A stretch of 43,558 nt of DNA from Patescibacteria group bacterium (lineage in GTDB: Bacteria; Patescibacteriota; Minisyncoccia; UBA6257; MFKM01), in contig JBBTRS010000034.1 in the NCBI GenBank assembly GCA_038065115.1, positions 1-43,558 on the forward strand, read 5' to 3'. The translations under genes and the position numbers were made by a program. Below, piece after piece: positions 1 through 7,292 of this stretch. Below the pieces are notes generated by a model. The model had not been told where the DNA came from. It worked only from the letters and a program-made list of their open reading frames with translations, and made no database searches. The stretch's first letter is position 1. The number at the start of each line of letters is the position of its first letter.

Positions 1-118
1 CGGCGATGGCGAAGACGGCCATGTAAATGAGAAGTTCAATGAGGGTGAAGCCGGCTTGCTTGCTTGCCAACCGGCGGGCATGATTTATTTTTGAATTAAT
101 TTTCAATTTTTTAATCAT
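1..118 (-). CDS. prepilin-type N-terminal cleavage/methylation domain protein (type IV pilin-like), N-terminal part only; continues off the left edge
   Basis: Reverse-strand translation from the ATG at 118-116 gives MIKKLKINSKINHARRLASKQAGFTLIELLIYMAVFAIA. This contains the G/FTLIELL prepilin cleavage motif followed by a hydrophobic helix. It is absent from the ORF track because the window edge truncates it. Confidence 0.75.
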   Translation of the reverse strand, partial: MIKKLKINSKINHARRLASKQAGFTLIELLIYMAVFAIA

Positions 119-180
119 TAAAAAATCAAGAAATTTATTTAAATTATTATATCACAAATTCTTTGTTTCTGTTATACTGA

Positions 181-324
181 AAAAGGCAGGTAGATGAGCA
201 CTCACTAACTAAAACAAAAAACGGAGGTCACCACTACCTGCCCCCACACCAATTAAGGATTGGTTGCTAAAGGCAACGCAATAAGACGGGGTAGATCCTT
301 GATTGGTGTGGGGGCCTGCCTTTT
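181..324 (+). other. structured intergenic element between the divergent pilin-like gene and murB (candidate murB leader, ncRNA or repeat)
   Basis: AAAAGGCAGG (181-190) is the exact reverse complement of CCTGCCTTTT (315-324). GGCAGGTAG (185-193) also pairs perfectly with CTACCTGCC (234-242). Positions 240-260 pair with 295-315 as a 21-bp helix with one G-U. A TATACT -10-like box at 173-178 would start transcription at about the first base of the element. Track ORFs 253..462(-) and 339..557(-) are rejected here. Confidence 0.4.
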
Positions 325-333
325 CCATATGCT

Positions 334-1287
334 ATGTTTCAAAAAAATGTTCTTCTCAAAAACCATACTAGTTTTAAAATCGGCGGACCGGCAAAATATT
401 TTTTTGAAGCTAAAAACTTTAAAGATCTGGTAAAAGCGGTCAAAGAAGCCAAACAAAAACAAATTCCGTTTTTTATTTTAGGCGGGGGGACTAAATTATT
501 AGTTAACGACAAAGGATTTAACGGCTTAATCATTAAAATAAAAAGTTCGGGATTCAAGATTCAAGAAAATAAAATCATCAGCGAAGCGGGAGTCAGTTTA
601 GCCCGATTAGTGATTGCTTCAATCAAGGCTAATTTAACCGGATTGGAATGGGCGATTGAAATCCCCGGCACCGTTGGCGGCGCCGTTCACGGTAATTGCG
701 GAGCCTTCGGATCTTCTCTTTCAAAAATAGTAAAAAACATCGTCGTCTTTAACCCCGACAGTTTTAAAATAAAAACTTATTCCAATAAACAATGTGAATT
801 CAAATATCGCGGCAGTGTTTTTTCCGCCCATAACGAATCCGCCTCGGGCGAAAAACCCAATCGGGATATTATCCTCTCGGCGGAACTGCGGCTAAAAAAA
901 GGAAATCCTAAAAAAAGCTTAGCCGTGATAAAAGAATATTTAAAAAGAAGACGGGAGAGAATTTCCCCTTATCCCTCGGCGGGCAGTATCTTCAAAAATT
1001 ATGAATTGAAAAGCGTAAATTACGAGAACGACCCTTTGGTTAAAAAATTTCCGGAATTAGAAAAACTGATTAAGGGCGACAAAATTCCGGTTGCTTATTT
1101 AATTGAAAAATGCGGATTAAAAGGCAAAAAAATCGGCGGAGCGAAAATCTCCGAAAAACAAGCCAACATCATCGTTAATTTCAACAAAGCCAAGGCCGAG
1201 AACGTTTCTGCTTTGATTGATTTAGCCAAAAAAAAAGTTAAAAAAAAATTCAGAATTGTTTTAGAAGAAGAAGTGATTATGGTATAA
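334..1287 (+). CDS. murB: UDP-N-acetylenolpyruvoylglucosamine reductase
   Basis: 317 aa. It has an FAD-binding N-terminus (FKIGGPAKYFFEAKN..PFFILGGGTKLLVNDKGFNGLIIKI) and a MurB C-terminal domain (SAGSIFKN, CGLKGKKIGGAKISEKQANIIVN). Confidence 0.93.
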   Translation: MFQKNVLLKNHTSFKIGGPAKYFFEAKNFKDLVKAVKEAKQKQIPFFILGGGTKLLVNDKGFNGLIIKIKSSGFKIQENKIISEAGVSLARLVIASIKANLTGLEWAIEIPGTVGGAVHGNCGAFGSSLSKIVKNIVVFNPDSFKIKTYSNKQCEFKYRGSVFSAHNESASGEKPNRDIILSAELRLKKGNPKKSLAVIKEYLKRRRERISPYPSAGSIFKNYELKSVNYENDPLVKKFPELEKLIKGDKIPVAYLIEKCGLKGKKIGGAKISEKQANIIVNFNKAKAENVSALIDLAKKKVKKKFRIVLEEEVIMV

Positions 1288-1288
1288 T
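1280..1288 (+). promoter_or_regulatory. extended -10 box TGGTATAAT
   Basis: TGGTATAAT overlaps the murB stop codon. The expected transcription start, about 7 nt downstream, falls on the first bases (ATG, 1295-1297) of the repeat element upstream of hpf. Confidence 0.4.
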
Positions 1289-1297
1289 GAAACTATG

Positions 1298-1449
1298 CCC
1301 AGTAGTCCTGCCTGCCGGCAGGCAGGGAAAACTCGATTTGATTCGCCAAAGGCGAATCAGGGTTTTCTAAAAAACTGAGCAAAAACAAAAAGCAATGATT
1401 ATTAAAAGGTCAAATTATTCTAAATAATTATCGAGTTTCTACTACTGGG
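1298..1449 (+). repeat. TATG-bounded structured repeat, subfamily A, copy A1 (MITE-like element or cis-acting leader)
   Basis: It starts CCCAGTAGT and ends ACTACTGGG, and is flanked by TATG at 1294-1297 and 1450-1453. It is about 88% identical to copy A2 (26162-26291), apart from a 20-nt insertion at 1307-1326. The right-hand ATG (1451) is the hpf start codon. Confidence 0.85.
1307..1326. repeat. 20-nt perfect palindrome CCTGCCTGCCGGCAGGCAGG nested in repeat copy A1
   Basis: It is absent from the otherwise collinear copy A2 (CAGTAGT^GAAAAC is contiguous there). An identical 20-mer is present at 11904-11923 inside a tRNA T-stem. Confidence 0.85.
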
Positions 1450-1450
1450 T

Positions 1451-1795
1451 ATGAAAATCAATATTAAAGCTTCAAATTTGGATTTAACGCCGGCCCTCAA
1501 TCAATACATAGAAGAAAAAGTCGGCTCGCTGTCCAAATTTTTAAAAAAATACGAAATGGAAGGGGATCTTAATGCCCAGGTTGAAGTCGCGCGGACTACT
1601 CGGCATCACCACCAAGGCGACGTTTTTCGGGCAGAAATCAATTTAACGTTGCCCAAAAAAGTCTTAAGAGGCGTTGCCGAAAAAAACGATATCAGGATAG
1701 CCATTGATGAAGTCAAAAACGAATTACAACGGGAGATCGTAAAATACAAAGAACTTTCTCAAGACTTTAGAGCCGACCGGAAAAGAAAAATTTAA
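1451..1795 (+). CDS. hpf: ribosome hibernation promoting factor (short HPF/RaiA family)
   Basis: 114 aa. MKINIKASNLDLTPALNQYIEEKV is the typical HPF/YfiA N-terminus. Confidence 0.9.
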   Translation: MKINIKASNLDLTPALNQYIEEKVGSLSKFLKKYEMEGDLNAQVEVARTTRHHHQGDVFRAEINLTLPKKVLRGVAEKNDIRIAIDEVKNELQREIVKYKELSQDFRADRKRKI

Positions 1796-1827
1796 ACGGG
1801 CTGAACTTGGCATGACAAAAAATTTTC

Positions 1828-4296
1828 ATGATAAAAAAACTCGTAGAGAAACTTTTAAACGGAAGAGGGGGGTATAAAAATTTCATAACCGAAATCAACC
1901 GATTGGAACCGGAGCTGGAAAAACTAGGGGAACAAGGATTAAAAGACAAAAGCAACGAATTAAAAAAAACGGTTCGGGAAGACGAACAAAAACTTAATGA
2001 CTTTAGTTTAATTTGCCTGGCTTTTGGTTTAGTCAGAGAAGCCGCTAAAAGAACGCTGAACCAGCGTCATTTTGATGTTCAATTGATAGGCGGTTTGGTT
2101 TTACATCAGGGAAAAATTGCCGAAATGTTGACCGGCGAAGGCAAAACCCTGGCCGCGACTCTGCCGGTTTATTTAAACGCTTTAAGTGGCCGTGGCGTCC
2201 ATATTATTACGGTCAATGATTATTTAGCCCGCCGAGACGCGGTTTGGATGGGGCAGGTATATGACTTGCTTGGGTTGTCTGTCGGGTGTTTAACGCACGA
2301 ATCCGCCTATATTTACAACTCTGATTTAAAGATAACCAGCACCCTTGAAACGCCAAACGCTCCGGGCATTAACATTGACAAAGAGCGGGATACTTTGGGC
2401 GGTTTCAAAGTAGTCCAGGAATTTCTTCAACCGATAACGCGAAAAGAGGCTTACCTCGCCGATATTATTTACGGCACCAACCACGAATTCGGATTTGATT
2501 ATTTAAGGGATAATTTAAGTTTGAAATTAACCGACCAGGTTCAGCGGCCGCTCAATTACGCCGTGATTGACGAAATTGACAGTATCTTGATTGACGAAGC
2601 CCGGACTCCTTTGATTATCGCTTCGCCCGATGCCCAATCAAGCGAATACTATAAAATTTTCGCCCGAATAGTTGAGGGCCTCAAACCGGAAGAAGATTAT
2701 CTGGTTGACGAAAAACAAAAGTCCGCCAATATCACCCAAGAAGGAATCGATAAAATTGAAAAAATACTCAAACTTCAAAATATTTACGGACCGGAAAATT
2801 TTTATCTGGTTCATTTCCTTGAAGAATCATTGAAAGCCAAGGTTCTTTTTCGCCGCGACAAGCATTATCTTGTTAAAGGCGGCGAGGTGATCATTATTGA
2901 CGAATTCACCGGCCATTTAATGCGCGGCCGCCGTTATTCCGGCGGACTTCACCAGGCTATTGAAGCCAAAGAATGGCTGGCTGATAAAAGCGTGATAGTT
3001 CAATCGGAATCCCGAACATTGGCCCAAATTACCATTCAAAATTATTTCCGTTTATATAAAAAAATCGCCGGAATGACCGGCACGGCGCAAACTTCAGCCG
3101 AAGAATTCCACAAGGTTTATAATTTGGAAGCAATCAGCATCCCGCCGAATAAACCGATGACGCGCAAAGACTATCCCGATGTTATTTACAAAACTCGTGA
3201 AGCAAAATACCAAGCCGTCATTGAAGAAATAAAAAAACGCCATGCCCAAGGCCAGCCATTATTGATAGGAACCCCCTCTACCGACCAAAACGAAATCTTC
3301 TCAAGTTTATTGAGCCATAACGGCATTCTTCACGAAGTTTTAAACGCCAAAAACAACGAAAGAGAAGGCTCTATAATCGCCCAAGCCGGAAAATTTAAAG
3401 CGGTAACTGTGGCGACCAACCGAGCCGGTCGGGGAGTGGATATTGTGCTGGGCGGCAACCCGCCAGACCACCAAGAAGCCGAAAAAATCAAAAGTTTGGG
3501 CGGACTCTGCGTAATCGGCACGGAAAGACACGAAGCCCGCCGCATTGACAATCAATTGCGGGGCCGAACCGGCCGCCAAGGCGATCCCGGTTCTTCCGTG
3601 TTTTTTTTATCGCTTGAAGACGACCTTCTAAAAATTTTCGGCGGCGACAGAATCAAAAATTTAATGCAGGCTTTTAAAGTGCCGGACGACGTGCCCATAG
3701 AATCAGGCCTTGTTTCCAAAGCCGTCAACCAGGCCCAGACAAAAATTGAAGGATTTAATTTTGACATCCGCCGCCATCTTCTTGATTTTGACGATATTCT
3801 CAATAAACAGCGAAGTTTTATCTATGGCCAGCGTCAAAAAATTTTAATTGCCGTTGAAAAAGGCGATTTTCAATCTTCCTTGAAAGAAATTACCGCTCAA
3901 GATTTAAGCGATGAGCAAAAAATAAAATTGAATCCGGAATCGGAAACTTTCCTCGGCCAGCAAATATTAAGAATTATGGACTTGCTTTGGATGGAAAATT
4001 TAGAAAATTTGGAATCCCTTCGGGAAGCGGTCGGTTTGCGGGCTTACGGCCAACACGAACCGCTCGTGGAATATCGCCGGGAAAGCTATCGTTTATTCAA
4101 AGAATTTCAGGCTAATTTCCGAAATTTAACTTTGGAAATCACTTCTAAGGTTTTAGCCAACCCCGTCATTTCTTCTCCGGAACAAAAACTTTCTTCACCC
4201 GCCTCCGCTAACGCCACGACAGATAAAAAACTAAACCGCAACGATCCCTGCTGGTGCGGCAGCGGCAAAAAATATAAAAAGTGTCATGGGGTGTAG
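1828..4296 (+). CDS. secA: preprotein translocase ATPase SecA
   Basis: 822 aa. It has Walker A (MLTGEGKTL), the DEAD-like motor motif (VIDEIDSILIDEARTPLII), the TNRAGRGVDI motif, and a C-terminal zinc finger (CWCGSGKKYKKCHG). Confidence 0.97.
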   Translation: MIKKLVEKLLNGRGGYKNFITEINRLEPELEKLGEQGLKDKSNELKKTVREDEQKLNDFSLICLAFGLVREAAKRTLNQRHFDVQLIGGLVLHQGKIAEMLTGEGKTLAATLPVYLNALSGRGVHIITVNDYLARRDAVWMGQVYDLLGLSVGCLTHESAYIYNSDLKITSTLETPNAPGINIDKERDTLGGFKVVQEFLQPITRKEAYLADIIYGTNHEFGFDYLRDNLSLKLTDQVQRPLNYAVIDEIDSILIDEARTPLIIASPDAQSSEYYKIFARIVEGLKPEEDYLVDEKQKSANITQEGIDKIEKILKLQNIYGPENFYLVHFLEESLKAKVLFRRDKHYLVKGGEVIIIDEFTGHLMRGRRYSGGLHQAIEAKEWLADKSVIVQSESRTLAQITIQNYFRLYKKIAGMTGTAQTSAEEFHKVYNLEAISIPPNKPMTRKDYPDVIYKTREAKYQAVIEEIKKRHAQGQPLLIGTPSTDQNEIFSSLLSHNGILHEVLNAKNNEREGSIIAQAGKFKAVTVATNRAGRGVDIVLGGNPPDHQEAEKIKSLGGLCVIGTERHEARRIDNQLRGRTGRQGDPGSSVFFLSLEDDLLKIFGGDRIKNLMQAFKVPDDVPIESGLVSKAVNQAQTKIEGFNFDIRRHLLDFDDILNKQRSFIYGQRQKILIAVEKGDFQSSLKEITAQDLSDEQKIKLNPESETFLGQQILRIMDLLWMENLENLESLREAVGLRAYGQHEPLVEYRRESYRLFKEFQANFRNLTLEITSKVLANPVISSPEQKLSSPASANATTDKKLNRNDPCWCGSGKKYKKCHGV

Positions 4297-4306
4297 GAAT
4301 TAAAAT

Positions 4307-4735
4307 ATGCAAGACAAAAAGCCAAAAGTGGGTATCGGAATCATGATCATTAAAGATAGAAAAGTTCTGCTTGGCAAACGGAGAGGTTCACATGGGGAAG
4401 GAGAATATGCGTTTCCGGGAGGACATCTTGAATATATGGAGTCATTTGAAGATTGCGCTAAACGAGAAACGAAAGAAGAATGCGGAATAGAGATTACTAA
4501 TATAAGATTCCAATTTTTGTCGAATGTGACAAAATACGCACCCAAACACTATGTACACATCGGCTTAATCGCTGATTGGAAAAGCGGGGAGCCAAAAGTT
4601 TTAGAACCAGAAAAATGCGAATCGTGGGATTGGCATGGAATAGATAAATTACCCGAACCGATATTTGAAATGTGCAGACAGGGAATTCACTGCTATAAAA
4701 CAGGAGAAAATTATTTAGATAGTCGCATGGGATAG
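4307..4735 (+). CDS. NUDIX hydrolase
   Basis: 142 aa. The Nudix box is GGHLEYMESFEDCAKRETKEECGI (GX5EX7REUXEEXGU). Confidence 0.85.
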   Translation: MQDKKPKVGIGIMIIKDRKVLLGKRRGSHGEGEYAFPGGHLEYMESFEDCAKRETKEECGIEITNIRFQFLSNVTKYAPKHYVHIGLIADWKSGEPKVLEPEKCESWDWHGIDKLPEPIFEMCRQGIHCYKTGENYLDSRMG

Positions 4736-4767
4736 TGAATAAAAACAAAAAGTGTCATGAGAGATGA

Positions 4768-4798
4768 TAAAAAAAAGCCCCGTCTTAAGCGACGGGGG
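4768..4798 (-). terminator. intrinsic terminator of the minus-strand unit 4785-5072
   Basis: CCCCGTC (4778-4784) pairs with GACGGGG (4791-4797) around a 6-nt loop. On the minus strand the hairpin is followed by a run of 8 U (A-run 4769-4776 on the plus strand). The TAA stop of the ORF lies in the loop. Confidence 0.6.
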
Positions 4799-5072
4799 CA
4801 GATGATTGGATTCTTAGCTCATTCCAAATGCTAGAGAGAAAGCCTTCCATGAGCGTTGAGCCGGTAGCTAAATCATGCCATGCGTTCCCAGTATGGCCTG
4901 CTCGCAAGCCACTTTTCAGGCTATGCCAGACTGTACAACTACCGCGAAAACGCTCGGTTTCTGATTTCCTACCGAAAAGTCTACCAACGACACCAGGGAC
5001 TCTCTCTAGTGTGATTATGGAATAGAACTTGTTTTCGGGACATGACTCAATTGATACGAAGCGATATTTCAA
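4785..5072 (-). CDS. hypothetical small protein (95 aa, TTG start); alternatively a structured non-coding RNA
   Basis: An open frame fills the whole transcript. AGGAGG (complement of 5079-5084) lies 6 nt upstream of the TTG at 5072-5070. The unit has its own promoter and terminator. Against a CDS: the local G+C is clearly higher than the surroundings, both strands are open, a long-range stem CTAGAGAGA/TCTCTCTAG is present, and the R/G/S/W-rich composition is atypical for this genome. Confidence 0.4.
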   Translation of the reverse strand: MKYRFVSIESCPENKFYSIITLERVPGVVGRLFGRKSETERFRGSCTVWHSLKSGLRAGHTGNAWHDLATGSTLMEGFLSSIWNELRIQSSAPVA

Positions 5073-5107
5073 AGGACACCTCCTGTATGCCGAAATTGGC
5101 TGTAATC

Positions 5108-5137
5108 ATACTAACACAAAATTCTATTGCTTGTCAA
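5108..5137 (-). promoter_or_regulatory. sigma70-like promoter TTGACA-N18-TAGTAT for the minus-strand unit
   Basis: On the minus strand, TTGACA is the complement of 5132-5137 and TAGTAT is the complement of 5108-5113, with an 18-nt spacer. Confidence 0.45.
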
Positions 5138-5205
5138 TATTTTTTACTCGCATGACATTTTCTATAATAGTGGAATGAGTAGCAGAAGTACCACGGTAAA
5201 CAATT

Positions 5206-5508
5206 ATGAAATATAATAAATTAGTCCGAGATAAAATTCCTGAATATATTCGCAAGAAAGGCGGAAATCCGATAACGCATATTGCGGATGATGCGGAGTA
5301 TTGGCAGAAATTAAAAGAAAAGCTGATTGAAGAGATAGGGGAGTTTGAAAATGACGAAAGTATCGAAGAATTTGCTGATTTACTGGAAGTGATAGACGCG
5401 ATAGCTGATTACAAAAAGTTTGACCGAAATGAAGCAGAAAAAGTCAAAAACAAAAAAGCGGATGAAAGGGGAAAATTCAAAGACAAGATAATTTTAGACG
5501 AATCATAA
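5206..5508 (+). CDS. MazG-like / phosphoribosyl-ATP pyrophosphohydrolase-like all-alpha NTP pyrophosphatase
   Basis: 100 aa. KLVRDKIPEYIRKKGG..LKEKLIEEIGEF..EEFADLLEVIDAI is the pattern of the small house-cleaning MazG-like family. Confidence 0.7.
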   Translation: MKYNKLVRDKIPEYIRKKGGNPITHIADDAEYWQKLKEKLIEEIGEFENDESIEEFADLLEVIDAIADYKKFDRNEAEKVKNKKADERGKFKDKIILDES

Positions 5509-5533
5509 CCTACATGACATTTTCTGTAATGAG

Positions 5534-6163
5534 ATGAGTAACAAAAGTACCATGGTTAATAACCGCGAAAAAATTTATAAACAAATAATGGATATCAGCG
5601 GCGCTTTTCTTGGGTTATTAATTTTAGCGCCTTTTGTTCCTTTCATCGTCTTAGCCATCAAATTAGAAAGTCCGGGCCCGGCTATTATCAAATTGGAAAG
5701 AGTAAGCCAGGGCCGGATAATTAAAGTCTATAAATTCCGGTCTATGATAAAAGACGCCCAAAAGCTAAAACCGACTTTAGCGAGTTTAAACGAGCGGCGG
5801 GACGGTTCTTTTTTTAAAATTAAAAACGATCCCCGGGTTACCAAAGTGGGACGACTGCTCCGAAAATTCCGGCTTGACGAATTTCCCCAATTAATCAATG
5901 TCTTGAAAGGGGAGCTTTCTTTAGTCGGCCCCCGGCCCCACGAACCCGGCGAAGTAGCCGCTTATCCTCCGGAATTCAAAACTCTGATTTTTGCCAAGGC
6001 CGGCGTTACCGGCCTCTCCCAAACAAACGGGGCTTCCAGCCTTCCTTTTCTTAAAGAATTAATTATGGACAGCTACTATCTGAAAAACCAATCTTTCTGG
6101 TTGGATTTAAAAATTATTGTCAAAACCATTCTTGTTTTATTTTTTGATCCAACCGCGGTTTAA
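5534..6163 (+). CDS. undecaprenyl-phosphate sugar phosphotransferase (bacterial sugar transferase family)
   Basis: 209 aa with an N-terminal TM helix. The signature KFRSM...DEFPQLINVLKGELSLVGPRP is present. Confidence 0.9.
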   Translation: MSNKSTMVNNREKIYKQIMDISGAFLGLLILAPFVPFIVLAIKLESPGPAIIKLERVSQGRIIKVYKFRSMIKDAQKLKPTLASLNERRDGSFFKIKNDPRVTKVGRLLRKFRLDEFPQLINVLKGELSLVGPRPHEPGEVAAYPPEFKTLIFAKAGVTGLSQTNGASSLPFLKELIMDSYYLKNQSFWLDLKIIVKTILVLFFDPTAV

Positions 6164-6194
6164 AATTTAAGAACGATGGCTTATAATCAATTAG

Positions 6195-7286
6195 ATGCGG
6201 GTAGCTATCGTTCATGATTATCTTAATCAATGCGGGGGAGCGGAAAAAGTGCTGGCGGTTTTAGCGGAAATTTTCCCCCAAGCCCCGATCTACACTCTTT
6301 TTTACGATGAAAAGAAAACCCGGGGCTATTTTGCCAACCGGGTCAAAAAAACCAGTTTTCTTGATTTTGGAATTGTCAGAAATCATCACCGGTTTTTTAT
6401 TCCTTTATTGCCTTTGGCCAGCAGCAATCTGAAACTTGACCGATCGTATGATTTGATTATTTCTTCCAGCGCCGGTTACGCCAAAGGCTTTAATTTCAAA
6501 AACGCTTTTCATATTTGTTATTGCCACACGCCGCTTCGCTATGCTTGGGAAAAAAATTACCTGGAAGGCTTGGATTTATTCCGAATTCCATCGTTAAAAA
6601 CGCTAGCCAAGCCAATCCGCGCCGCTCTAAGGCATTGGGATAAAAAAACCAGCCGGCAGGTTAATTTTTTTATTGCTAATTCTCGCTTTACGGCTCAAAA
6701 AATTAAAAATTTTTATCAGCGCGATTCGGAAATTGTTTATCCGCCGGTTAATTTAGAAAATTTCTATCCCGAACCCCGCGGTAAAACCGAAAATTATTTT
6801 TTGATGGTCGGGCGATTGCTTCACTATAAACGTTTTGACTTGGGTGTTAAGGTTTTCAACCGTTTGAATATTCCTTTAAAAATAATCGGCGAAGGCCCGG
6901 AACTCCAGAAATTAAAAACATTAGCCAAATCCTCGTTAATAGAATTTATTCCCTTTGTTGAAAATTTAGAGGAACTTCGGAAAATTTATAGCCGGGCCCG
7001 GGCTTTGATTTTTCCCCAAATTGAAGACTTTGGCTTGGTGGCCGCCGAGGCGCAAGCCTGCGGCTTGCCGGTAATCGGTTATAATGCCGGCGGGCTTAAA
7101 GAAATCGTGGAAGAAGGCAAAACCGGCTTATTCTTTAACGAACAAACTCCCGAAGCTGTGGCAAAAGCAATTGATTTGTTTGATAAAATGCGTTTTTCTA
7201 AAACAAAAATTGTTCAAAACGCCAAACGATTTTCAGAAGACAGCTTTAAATCAAAAATTCAAGAAATAATCAATAAAATAAAATAA
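6195..7286 (+). CDS. glycosyltransferase (GT4-type, GT-B fold)
   Basis: 363 aa. The C-terminal motif is EDFGLVAAEAQACGLPVIGYNAGGLKEIVEEGKTG (EX7E type). Confidence 0.88.
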   Translation: MRVAIVHDYLNQCGGAEKVLAVLAEIFPQAPIYTLFYDEKKTRGYFANRVKKTSFLDFGIVRNHHRFFIPLLPLASSNLKLDRSYDLIISSSAGYAKGFNFKNAFHICYCHTPLRYAWEKNYLEGLDLFRIPSLKTLAKPIRAALRHWDKKTSRQVNFFIANSRFTAQKIKNFYQRDSEIVYPPVNLENFYPEPRGKTENYFLMVGRLLHYKRFDLGVKVFNRLNIPLKIIGEGPELQKLKTLAKSSLIEFIPFVENLEELRKIYSRARALIFPQIEDFGLVAAEAQACGLPVIGYNAGGLKEIVEEGKTGLFFNEQTPEAVAKAIDLFDKMRFSKTKIVQNAKRFSEDSFKSKIQEIINKIK

Positions 7287-7292
7287 AAAAAA

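Noticed and set aside
1295-1378. Short upstream ORFs beginning MPSS at the left-hand ATG of every repeat copy: MPSSPACRQAGKTRFDSPKANQGFLKN*, MPSSEPAIASV*, MPSSEPAIALAQFIAGLSTGK* and MPSSENSI*.
   Set aside because: Only the first four codons are shared, because they are the conserved terminus. Lengths and sequences diverge completely, so a conserved peptide is unlikely. A leaderless mini-ORF cannot be fully excluded.
3330-3803. Antisense ORFs inside secA (3330..3551, 3340..3579, 3552..3803). There are similar shadows inside typA (16047-17421), malic enzyme (18915..19427), gltX (32040..32435), dnaX (41507..41958) and others.
   Set aside because: They lie entirely within strongly supported genes on the opposite strand, have low-complexity R/S/P-rich translations, and have no independent signals.
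4775-5100. RNase P RNA or tmRNA assignment for the GC-rich minus-strand unit.
   Set aside because: Only loose similarity to conserved RNase P blocks is present. No P1-P2-P3-P4 architecture, tRNA-like end or T-arm could be built by eye. It is kept as an open alternative in the findings, not as a call.
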